64,000 bases of DNA from positions 23,052,767-23,116,766 of the forward strand of contig OZ037766.1 of NCBI GenBank assembly GCA_964035545.1, in the 5' to 3' direction. Below the pieces are notes generated by a model, which saw nothing but the letters and a program-made list of their open reading frames with translations, ran no database searches and had not been told where the DNA came from. The DNA is from Bugula neritina (taxonomy: Eukaryota; Animalia; Bryozoa). Shown here piece by piece: positions 18,501 through 30,323 of this stretch. The first letter of the stretch is position 1. The number at the start of each line of letters is the position of its first letter. A program made the translations under genes and the position numbers.

Positions 18501-21500
18501 ATTTGTATTAAAACAAATATAAGTTGTAGTTACTTACGTGGATTCAGCCAGTATCTTATTTCTATGAACTCAGGCCAGAATATCCACCAACATCCATCAT
18601 AGAGTTTTGAAACGTAATCTTTGGGGTCAACAAAACCTTCTAGACAAGCTTCCCACAAACCAATTCTTTTAAAAGGATTATTAGCTCTAGGATCTGACAC
18701 CAACCAATATGGAGATACAAATGCTATAAAGTTTAAAATAGTTGCTAAAACAACGAAAATTGTACCAATAATGAGTGTAGGGCTTTTCCCCATATTTTTA
18801 CCAGCTCCACACCAGCTTTAATCTAATATAATTTGTATCCAGCTATCTCAATCTGGATGGAAAGCACCTTGACCTACTTGATTATATTTTGGTCACATGA
18901 TTACGCAGGTTTCGTCTGTCATTTCATAGACAACTCCAAAGTTTTGTGCTGCAACAATGTAATGTTGATAAAAAGCACTATTGGTATTCACTGAAACAAC
19001 TCCACTATGAGTTATGTATCACAACGTGAATCTAAATAATACTTAATATTGATTTTTCAAAGATGTAAATATTGAAATTATTATTTAATTTATTAGGATG
19101 GGTGATATTTTGGCATTAAACTTTAAAGCACTTTAAGCAATTATTTGAACATTTGTACTGAGTGATATTATAAAAATGGTAAATAATTTTATTAAATTTA
19201 GAGTACAGGTTGTTTTATTGTCCGTTTACTCAATTAAAATAAACTGAAAAATACTCAAATACGTAGATGTATACATTTGAACGCAAAGCAGTACTATTTG
19301 GTGTGATGATGGAATGTGATTAGATAAATATAATTTAAAAAAAACACAAAACTATATATCAATATTGATACGTTTTAAGGTAATTTAAGGAATGCATATT
19401 AGTCATCTACACGGAAAAATCAAATGACTGAAGAGCTTTTTTACTTCTACCTATAGAAAAGATGGAAAACTGGAATATTTCTTTAAAATGTCTAAAAGCT
19501 GTGGAATGTTATCAAATAAAAGGATTGCCCATCCAATATTTTTCACAAGTTAAATATTGGCGACTAATAATTAGAGTCTCTTTCTGATGATTAAATCAAA
19601 AATTTGCCGACATTGCTAATAAGATGCTCCTAACATGTCCATGCTCTGTTGCTTTTTGAATTCTCTCCGTTCTTTTCTAACGGATAGATAGCTGGCTATC
19701 AGCGCACCTAGTGCCATCCCTGACACTATTGCGGCCACCACAGCCATGCCCCATCCTGCTCCCAGATGCTTTACATGCACATTTGGTACCTGAAATAAAA
19801 AATAATTTAGCCTATTGATGAAAAATGATTCAAGTTATACAAATTTACACTTGAACATTTGGAAACATCTTGTCAGAATTTAACAACCTACTCAAAATTT
19901 ATAAATCTCTAATAAGCCAAACACACTGTCACTGCTGAATATCTTTCTAAAAATATTTCCACACATTTTTACCGTAAAGTATATAAAAATAATTTATGGA
20001 GGAGCAACAAGAGCTGAAATGCATTTATTTACTAAAAGAAACTATCTTTTCAACTCATAGCTGTAAAATAATTCCATTGACAGTCATGTTTAGTTTACAG
20101 GTTATCAGCAATAATTATTTTATTAGAGTAGGTGTGTCAACTGCTGTACTTACCTTATAGTACTCATCATCTGTCACTCTCATAGCATATAATATGATTT
20201 CACAGAAACCAAGGATCGCTAAAAATAAATCAAATGGCATTTTGTGAATTTTAAAATTAAACAATTAACTTATTTGCAAAAGTTAGGAAAAGCAAATTCA
20301 CGGTACTTCCTGTTGAAAAAGCATTCTGCCTGCTATATAAACCTTTTTAGCCGTTCATTTCAGAAACCCTAGTAACTGCTGGTGCAATACTAACTACACG
20401 AAACATCAAAACTGTTGTATTACCAAAATAAAAGAAATGAGGTGACTATACTCGTTGAAGCACTTCTTCTTGATAAAAATTAAAGAAATACTTCATGCTG
20501 ATAAATCTGATATTATTTTGAAAGTGCTCCACTGTAGAAATCATGCCGACTAGGACTTGATAATTCGTAGTACAGACAATACAAGTAACCATAAAAATAC
20601 TCACTGCAGAAGAACATGGTGACTATGCCAAGTATGAGAGGGCAGTTATTTTTCCGAACAAAGCAAATAATGTAAAGTCCAATTAGTCCAATCAGAGACA
20701 GGATGAGGTTCACCGTTGCCATTATTTGTACAGCAATGTAAAAGGCTACAAAAATCGTCAACAAATTATATTTCAACATGTACAGATGTTATAGGATACA
20801 TATTACTATTTTTCTCATTTTTTCAAACACAATGCTAAAATTGCATTTGCTGGTCATAAAATTGACACAATTTGGGTATTTCAGTAAACTTCAACATAAA
20901 CAACGGACTTACTATGCACTATCCATATTTACTATCAAACATAAACTTTTTATAGATTAGTTTATCAGCTGGCAACCACCAGATTATAATTGATTTAAGA
21001 ATAACATAAGAATTTTTTATTGATAATTCTGTCTTTAAGGATGATTCTCCAACTGCTGTTTTATTAAGTTTTTCAACAAACTGAAGTTTTTTCAACAATA
21101 GGGAACTTCCATTCTACATGATGATAGTGATATGTGATAAAGCTAAAAGTTAAAGAATACTTTACCTGGATTGAGTACTGTCCATCTGATTTCCTTCAGA
21201 TATTGTGAGTAGATCCATTTACACCCGTACATAGGAATACCATCATTATAATTGTACCTGTCATCATGAAATGTGTCCAAACAAAAAGTCCACAAACCCG
21301 CTTTTTCGATGCCAATGGTTGAAAATCGATCATATGTATATATCCATGAAGGTAACCCAAAGGCAATAATGTTGCATATTGTAGCTACTGTTGCCATAGA
21401 TATGCCTATCACAAATAACATCTGATTTCGCTCCATTTTGATTTTATAACCTTATAAACTTACGGCTTAATATTAAAATGACAAGATTTCAAGGCTCGAT

Positions 21501-24500
21501 AACTAAGTATAACACCTGCTATTGCTAGTGCTACTACCCTTGTAGTTGTACTTGTAGTCCGAGTGTTAGACGCAGTACTAGTACTACTACTAGTGCTTCA
21601 ACTAGTAGTACTAACACTTATACTTATACAATAATAGATTAATACTGGTCAGACTCGGTCAGTTTCAATCGGACTGTCACTGTTTCAATTTGATTGTCAC
21701 TATAGCTATACCAGTATCAGGTATGGGCATTAGACTCAGTTTCAGTGTGTGACTATGAATATGACTGTCAGTGCTAGTGTCACGATGACAATCACAATGC
21801 AATCACTGATCAGTGAGAATCAGTACGTACGAACGTTAGTCATTAGACTTAGAGTTAGTGTCACTTTGACTTTGAGTTTGGCTTTCAGTTTCTTAGTTCT
21901 TGCAATCAGTGCGACTCGGTCACTCCAAATTTTATGCCTTCTGTTTTGTAGGTGTTGCTAATAAATCCGTATATCACTGCCTTTATAAACAGTTTATCGA
22001 CAGCTGAGCATTTTTACCATACTACTACTAGCACTTATATTATTTTATTAGCAACTGAACTTGCTCTTGTTTCAAACTGTCTGACCCATTTAGATCACAT
22101 GGCTCAAGTAATGGTTCCTATATTAGGGAGACAACTTCTCAATTTTTGTCTTCATTGTTCTACGAGTTATTTTCAAACCAATAATTTTAGTTCAAAGTTG
22201 ACTTACAAAAGTCAGGAGCTAACTACTAGACTAACTAGAGTCTAGACACTTTAAAGTAGCAACATTACAATGTTGTGCCAAGCAAAAGAAAATTTCAAAG
22301 GTTGTTTATAGTTTTCTCAGTTGTGAAGTAAAGTAAGTTTTGAAATACTATTTATACTGTTTTATTTCATATACAGTGGATGAAAATCTGTCATTGGGCA
22401 AATTTTTTAATTTAAATTGCTCAAGTAAATCAGTAAAATTTTGTGAGAATCTTAGCTATTTATATATATTTGCATTAAAATAATAAAAGTCTGTAACAAA
22501 ACTGGATGCATAAAACTGTGATGCAAACACCACACAGCTCAGATAAAATAATATAATATGTACATGTCAAATGGAATGTTTGAAGTACGGCAGAAATAAC
22601 GATTAAATAATAATTATATCAAGTGTTTACTAGTACTAAATAGTAATGTTTGGTAATTTTAATAAGTAAATGCTGAAAAATATGTGGTTTGTAATTAAAC
22701 ACAAAAGTTCACCTTGGCATCAGTGTCTTCATGCTGAAACAATCAAAACTATTGCTAGCTTTAAATTCTGTACATACACATATTTTGCACCCTAACCAAC
22801 TCTATGTAACCTTAACATCTACTAACATGCTACTTTTCTACACCAAACTATTTACATGAGAGATTGGTAATCTAAAATTACGTGGATATCACTAAAAATC
22901 CACTAAAAGTAAGTAAAAACAAATATTGCATTACGACTAAAAAGGGGTAAATTGAGTCATCTCTTGGACGATCCATCATATCTAAATCTCCTCGGCATGT
23001 TACCAAGCCGCCGGTTACTTTCTGCACTGAAATAGAAATACAAAAACATAACTTGTCAGTTTGAAACATTACAAGGATATAAGTCTCTGTACACATCCGC
23101 TAGGCAACATACTGCTATAAACTAAGTTAGCTTGTGAAAGTAATTGTAACAGTTGAACTAGGTCTAGCCAGTACGTATTAAATCTTAATATTACGTAGGT
23201 GAAAATCAATAATCATTAGCTTTCAAGGGACAGGTACGAAAACTACATTATAAAAGTAGGCCTTTACAAATTATATATGTAGATAGTTTCTCTAATAATA
23301 CGTCCTATATTAAGCAAAGAAGTAGCATAATTTTTAAAATTTAGTGGCAAAGTCATCATATATAAAAAAGCTAATTGAATCAAAGAAAGTGTACTTGGCT
23401 CATGCCATGCCCTAAATCTAGTTTTTTATTTGCCCCTAAGGAAGGTAATACTAATACACAAGACCATAATGTTATTTACTATTTATAGTGATTTATATTT
23501 GCATCTATTTCTGTGCTGTTAACATTAGAGTTTGGTTTTAACTTTGGTTTAGAATGCCTTATTTCTCAAATCATACCAAGGTATGCTTTTTAAAAAAAAG
23601 CATCGCCTTAGATTTAGCCATTTTTACCTCAATAATTGACAAAGCACTGCAGCAGCTGGTCTAAAACTCCCAATCACTGCTAATGAGTTTGACCCTCGTT
23701 TAGAGTTTACTCACCTAAAAATTTTCTCTCCATAAAAAGTTTTTGAACTTGCAGATGCAAACAAAAGATTTTCTCACCTTTTAAAACTCAGAGGTGTTTT
23801 CACCCTTTGATCTTCACTTTCTGATGAACATCAGCAAACTAAAGCACAGGCGACTTCTTAGCTACACTGAGTAGACCTGAGTAGCATGCCAGAGGTTGCT
23901 AAAAGATACGAAGATAAAAATGACAGTTATATAAATATTACTATTAGTATATGACTATAACTATAAGTATATGTTATTTGCATTTAAAAAGTGGTTGGTT
24001 CAGCCAAAAACTATATTATAATTATTCTCATTGAAGTAAAATTATCAGTCACTTACTCCTATCTGTGAATAAAAGAGTAATAGAGAAGCTTCCTACCAAC
24101 TAGTCTACCAACCTGTATGGTTGGTAGACTAGTTGGTTGCAGCGGTTGAGCAGCGGAGTTTCTATGCTTAACTGTGTCACGTCTTCTACTAGTATGAAGT
24201 TGCATGCATGGCTAGTCAGGTGATTCGAGATAAGCTCCTTATTTGCATATCAATAGATTGTATAGAGAAACATTGAATACTAATGTAAAGTACTCCGTAA
24301 TTTACCTGCTTATGGTAACAGGTAGAACCATTGAGCTATAACCCTCTACATAGAGGAAGTTTAAGTACTACTTATCTATGACGGGCATTGCATAATGGTG
24401 TATTAGAGAATAGCATACTTTTAAGCTTACAATACATTCTTTTCAATATAAAGCTGATGAAAATACAAGTAAACAAAGCATCTTCATTCTATTATTGCAT

Positions 24501-27500
24501 TGGATGTTGAAATGTTACTGCATAGTAGCAATAGCATATGCAAACATTTAATTTTTCTGTAAATGCTGAAACATGATAGTTGCCAACTATTGATCAACAG
24601 TCACAACATATTATATCCTGCTTGTACTAACTTGTAAAGAATAAAATTTTATTTTGTTTTATTATTATAGGTTTCATTCAAGCTGCTAAATGTCAAATAT
24701 GATTATCTTAAACATATAAAGGTTATTTTGTCTCATATTCTGTCTAGATATAGATGAAGTTGTCAAATGGAAGTTTAAGCTTGTCAATTCACATGTTTCA
24801 GCTTTTATTGTACACAGTAATATTTAGTTAGAAATTAGTTAGAAAAATTTTCAATTGTCCCATCAAAACTAGCCTATAATTATAGAATTATAATACATAA
24901 TGTTGTCTCCATTTTACAGTCTTCTACGAGCCAACAGACATTGATAAGGCTTCGAAACCATTTATAGCTGGTATTGGAGACAGCATCACCTTCATAAAAC
25001 CTAACCTAAAAGAGTTCAACCAGATTTATTATCAGGTTACAGGTATAGGCAGTTAGTTTATTATTTTCATCTGCATTTATAGATGGCAGCGTTTAGTGAA
25101 TCAACATATGAAAGATATTATTTAATACTAAGTGTTCTGTTATATAACTTTTAGTAATTTTAATGACAGAAATTTAGAGGTTTGGGGTTGATTGTCTTTT
25201 ATGACAGAGACAAAATATATACGTGCAGCTGCAAGAAATCAACATTATTTTCAGCAGTAGATTTACAGTTTTGTTACATGAACATTCATAAATGATTGAT
25301 AAAAGACATGATAAAAAATTCACGTTGCAACTTGAAATTTTCCAAATTGTTTTTAAACTATGTTCTATTCATTTAATTTCTATGTTTTATATTTACCTAA
25401 ATGTTTTCTGTATCCTTTAATATGTTTCTTTGGTTCATTTCAATTTAAAGCCTTAAACAGGCTGGGCTGACAGAAAATTAATTAAAGGACCTTAGCTACT
25501 GGCTAAGGTGTACCAGTTATAACCATGCTTTGCTATAAATTATATAAAAGCGGATGAGTTCTCTTAGTTTTTCTTGGGCAAAATTATCCTGTTGTGTTAA
25601 TATTCTTCATAACGCCAGGGCAGAAATTATTAGTTTTATGGAAATATACATTCAATTAATTAGCTAAACACGGGGCTTGGTGAAAAATGCCTCCACACTT
25701 TTACACCTATGTAAGATGGCTATACTGATGCACCGATGTACATCTTTCATCATCGTTATAGTATATGAATCTGCTTAGGATGTGGCCCAATAATTTACAC
25801 AAGATGATATTTTGATGATATTTGTAGGACATGACCCCAAGTTGCTAGATGGATGCACGGATCAACTAAATGAACAGCTATCAAAGTTGTGTACTCGTAT
25901 AAACATTCCCTGCATTCTTATAACCCTGGGAACTGAAGGCGTCCTTTGCTATAAAAAGCACTCTCCCCATCTCCACTTCCCTTGCAATAATCTTGAGGAA
26001 TCCAAAGCTATCAGTATACTGAAGGTGCCATATAGTATATAGTGGTCCAAGTATAGCCATTACATTTTTACACTCATATTTCATGTTGTTGAAAAAATTT
26101 CTAATTTCTAAATATTTAAGACTTTCTGCATAGTACAAGCTTAGCGGCCATTTTAGATTATGATTCATTAATCTTTTAGTGAAAAGTTTTATACAGTTTT
26201 TGTATTCATTTTCTTTTTTTTAGATTTAATCACGTTAATTAATTCGGTGTAACTTTTACTCATAAATGATTTAATACTCAAAAAGGTTTGATAACCATTC
26301 AAATCTTATGAAGAATCTAGCCTGTATTGCATAAATATTTTTGTGGGTTTGTAGAACACAGAAGAAGAAGTTTGTATTCATGTAGCAGCCAGGCCCGTGG
26401 ACCATATAGCTAGTGTTTCAGGTGCTGGTGATTGGTAAGTGTTTAACTTGTGATTTAGAGCTCAGCAGGTAACTGGGAGTTGTGTTATTTTCTTGAAAAA
26501 TATGCTGTTTTAACAAAAATTAGTTAGTGTTCGCCAACCTATTTCAAATAACTACTATGGTGCAAATGTCTATAAAACTCTGTGGAGAAATTTTCTAAAA
26601 ATATCCATTTCACTTTCTAAAATTTTAAAAGGGCTAAATAACATGCTTTTATACATTTGCTTAAACGAGATTGAGCTTTTTTTAACTCACAACCAAAGTA
26701 TAATTACAAATTATTAGATAAAAAAACTATTTCAATGTCATCTTTGTCTTTCAAAAAGAGACGTTGTTAAGCCCTACTTTCTGCACTATGAATAAGTTAT
26801 ATAAAAATATTTTACGTTTGCAAGTCTTATGTTGTAGGGCTTAAAGCAGGGGTGTCCAACCTTTTCAGACCGAGGGCCAGTCTGCAAGTTTCAGCTTGAG
26901 CTGGGGGCCACAACATTTTTTTTGTTTTTAAAATAAATTTTCAAGATTCATTAAACATCTGCAGGCCATATGCATTGTAATTATAAGCGAGGGCTAGGCT
27001 TTGCATGTTTATTAAAATCATAACATATTTGAATAGATATATATTATTTATGTGTGTATGTGTGTATATATGCATTTAATTAAAATAGGTAAACAAGAAA
27101 CATTTCATTTTTATTACTTTAATAATCAATAATTATATATGCATTTATGTTTGTGCATAAGAAATTATACATATATATTTATACAAAGTATATATTCATG
27201 ATTGTACATGCAAATTTAAACAAGATGTGCCAGTGCTAAGAGTCTGTACTCATATCAGTATAGTTATATTTTACAACCATCAGTGAAACACTTGTGAGTA
27301 CACAGTGAGTACTGTTTGCCTTGAACAATTCTGTTAATATCTGGTTTCGTATCAGAACATATAACCCTTAGTTACTGGACTAAGTGCTGACTAGTGAGTG
27401 AAGTGTAGTATTTATTTTGTGTATTTCATTTGACTGAAAATTGAAAGCTCAGAGTTCAAACCTTCAAGCCATCTCAGTGCAGTGCAGTGCAGCATCTAAC

Positions 27501-28776
27501 AAGCAGTCAAAGGTCACGGCAATCACAAATCCCAAATCATTTCAGTACATACTCGCACAAAATTCATTATAAAACAAAATTGTTTAGGCATCTAACCTTA
27601 AAACATTATGTAAATGAAAACTAACATATACATAATAATATTTTAGTACTGCATAAGTGAAGTGTGTGAGGGATTCTTCAACTACTTATCTTTCACAATA
27701 CAGTCAATAAAAGTGAGATCTCAGTTATACTTTCAAAAAAGTCTTGTCTCTATATGGCCTGTCCTGATTAAATGTCTTTGAAATACCTGTCTGCGCAGGA
27801 TAGCTAAGGGCAACTTTTTAGCTGCAACTGCCTTGCTGAGGTTTGCATTGTAACTGTGTAAAAATTCAGTAACAGTAATAACAATCTTATTTAATTGAAG
27901 GCTACTAGAATCAAAATTTAAAAACTATGGTGTGAATCTTATTTTTTCTCAGTGCAGCTTTTTTGGAATTTTTTCATTCTTTTGCAAAGTTATAGAAAAA
28001 AACTGCACATTTTTGGCTAATTTTGCCTCAAAAGTTGATTTTTGTAGTACCAGTAAAATATCTTAGCAGGAAAACATGATATCTGAATAAAAAAGCAATG
28101 ACTTTTAGATTTTATATAAATTGTGGATTTATACACGGGAAATGGTATATTTCTTTTCAAGTAGTAAACGCTGTGCATCACTTCACACTTCAGTGAACGC
28201 GTAGAGATGAGCATATAATATAGGCAGCTACATTACTATAAGTCACAGGCTTGCTAGCTAACAGACTATAATGACTAGCTTGCTGTTATTGGTTGTAGTT
28301 GGATCTCAGGCTAAACAATGACAAGTAGGCAACACGCATGCCACCCACAAAACAATATTGTAGAAGAACTTAAACTACATTTTAATAGAAATTCTTAGTG
28401 GGATGCTTTCAACTATACCATGTGCTGCTGTTTCAGGCTAGTTAGCAAATTTGATGAACAAAAATTTGTAACTTGCTATACCTTTGGGGGGCCACACAAA
28501 TATAGCTGGAGGGCCGGATCCGGCCCGCGGGCCGCCTGTTGGACAGCCCTGGCTTAAAGCATGTGAATTTAATTTGCAATGCTATTTTATCGAAATATTT
28601 TTGTATAGAAAAAGATAATTTAATATTTTTACTTTAGTATGGCAATTGGGTTCATCTGTGGTTACTTGAGAAGGCAAGACCTAGTGACTAGCGTGTTACT
28701 AGGCAGTGAAGCAGCTAGACTCTCCCTGCTCTCTTATGATACAGTGCCAGACTCTATTCAGTGTCTCCTGGGATAA
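9507..28776 (+). CDS. Bifunctional pseudouridine-5'-phosphate glycosidase (PsuG/IndA-like) plus PfkB-family pseudouridine kinase
   Basis: Exons 9507-9570, 9902-10037, 10320-10509, 11105-11279, 12077-12277, 12591-12681, 13015-13152, 13640-13826, 14397-14558, 14807-14935, 16535-16649, 24920-25042, 25828-26024, 26355-26434, 28638-28776 join in frame. PsuG motifs: [43 protein letters not shown]. PfkB motifs: [38 protein letters not shown]. Confidence 0.93.
11671..11903. mobile_element. hAT (Charlie-type) MITE
   Basis: TIRs CAGGGGTTGGCAAC / GTTGCCCACCCCTG; 8-bp TSD TTCTAGCC / TTCTAGTC. Confidence 0.85.
15072..15320. mobile_element. Foldback / Mutator-like non-autonomous element
   Basis: 10-bp direct repeat AACCATTGAC on both flanks (15062-15071, 15321-15330); inverted arms built from ~15-bp units GGTAAAAATGGCACA. 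Confidence 0.8.
17064..18793 (-). CDS. Claudin-like (PMP22/claudin superfamily), kune-kune-like, nested antisense in the PsuG-PsuK intron; 211 aa
   Basis: Exons 18793-18538, 17561-17412, 17293-17064. Four hydrophobic segments; ECL1 SPYWL...GLWEAC...DGCWWIF; ECL2 [14 protein letters not shown]. Confidence 0.9.
19616..21436 (-). CDS. Second claudin-like paralog, nested antisense; 216 aa
   Basis: Exons 21436-21166, 20745-20605, 20218-20154, 19789-19616 splice in frame. PSW...GLWTFC...YGCKWIY, four TM segments, ends ...LGASY*. Confidence 0.88.
24095..24137. repeat. Perfect 19-bp inverted repeat (hairpin, 5-nt loop)
   Basis: ACCAACTAGTCTACCAACC-TGTAT-GGTTGGTAGACTAGTTGGT. Confidence 0.9.
26847..28551 (-). 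mobile_element. hAT (Charlie/Buster/SPIN-like) internal-deletion derivative, 1.7 kb
   Basis: TIRs CAGGGGTGTCCAAC / GTTGGACAGCCCTG; perfect 8-bp TSD GCTTAAAG; decayed transposase C-terminus on - (~27283-27430: [33 protein letters not shown]...QVFH*). Confidence 0.9.
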
Positions 28777-30323
28777 ACACATCCTTTATACGAGTCTTCC
28801 TTCCTACTGCCACCAGTCTTGACTGCAACCTGCCAGCTATCTTATTTTTATCAGATATTTACAGCTATGGTTTTTATTTTAAATATGCTTGATCTACCAA
28901 CATTTCTATTTACTGTAAATTTTTGGATAAATATCTATTAGTTTTCTTAAAAAGTTGGCCTCAAAATTTTGGTACCAGAATATACTATAATACGTTTTGA
29001 CCAACCCACCCTATTGATATAGTTTTAGCACACACAAACATCCATCTTGTATAATTATCTGGCATATTCAGTCACAGTTGTATTTAAAAAGTAATTATTC
29101 ATGAAGTGTATCCTCTTTTGTGTTACCTAGTCTACTATTGCACTAGGTAGGTTTTCCAAGCTCTATATTAATTAAGTTGTGAGAATCAAATCTTGACAGT
29201 ATCTAAGATGCCACATCCTAGTTCCTAATCTCACTCTGACTCATTATGCACATGAACACTTGTAATTTCATAGGTATGTAGCCTATGGAGTGAAGTGACA
29301 CGTTGCTAGATTCATGCCACAAATAATCTCACATTTGTGTACGAAAGTATTATAAATAAGGTTCTTTTTTAAATGTTTGGCTAAATACAGAGTTTATTTT
29401 CAATGCTAAGCATGTTTTTAGTCATGGCTGGAAAGGCTGGAAATCAGCATAAGCCCCTCTACTGTACGACTAAATCTGCCAATCTTGGCTCATCAACATA
29501 TTATCAAAATAATTGTGTAAAGTTGAGTGAGCTTGGTCAGCTTGCTGTTCAGCATCCTCTCTTGGGGGGGGGGAGGGGGGGATTGGAATAGTAGTGTGGC
29601 AGATGATGGGCTTGTCTTTATTGTTAGTGTAGTTATAAAATCTGCCTCATGTCTTTAAATATAATTATTTTAAAGTTAATTTCTCCTGGAGTACTATTTT
29701 GACTTATTCTCAGTTTAATAAGTTCTGGATTAAAAGAAGCAATCCTTTTGGTTACATAGTTGCATATACTTGTACTCATACATTATAAATGTTATAGAAC
29801 ATTTATGTCAATACTATTATATTAATGCTTATCACTTAACTAATATTTAAGTTTTAAAGTATAATGCCTATACAAGTTGTACATACAAAGTCAACAACCC
29901 AACTGCATGTGTTATATCACTGACTGTTAAATTATGATATACTTATATCTTAGCATGATGTTGAAAGTTTTAAGTATTTGTAGTGGGTATGATTTGATAT
30001 TATAGTTTATTGTAATAAATAAGAAACGTGCACTGCTTCACCAGATTGTACAATTTGTAGGAAAACATTAGCACTAGGCTAACAAATTACTTTTAAAAAG
30101 AGTGCCAAATCATATCTTAGCAGTTTAAAAATTAAAAAAGGATGTATGCTAAAGTCAAAATAAATATATTACAATGCAAGACGTTATTATTCTCTAGCAG
30201 TATTTTTGTGCATAGTTATACATCCTTTCAGTTTGGTGTATAATTCTAGTAATGTATACTAGTATACTGTACCATAGACATGTGGTGTCATTGTGCTGTC
30301 TCAATTTAGTTTGACGAGTGGAG

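Noticed and set aside
19570-19618. Readthrough at the claudin-2 stop (TAG CAA)
   Set aside because: Not the full CARYYA motif and the extension has no targeting signal; the other genes' stops also lack leaky contexts.
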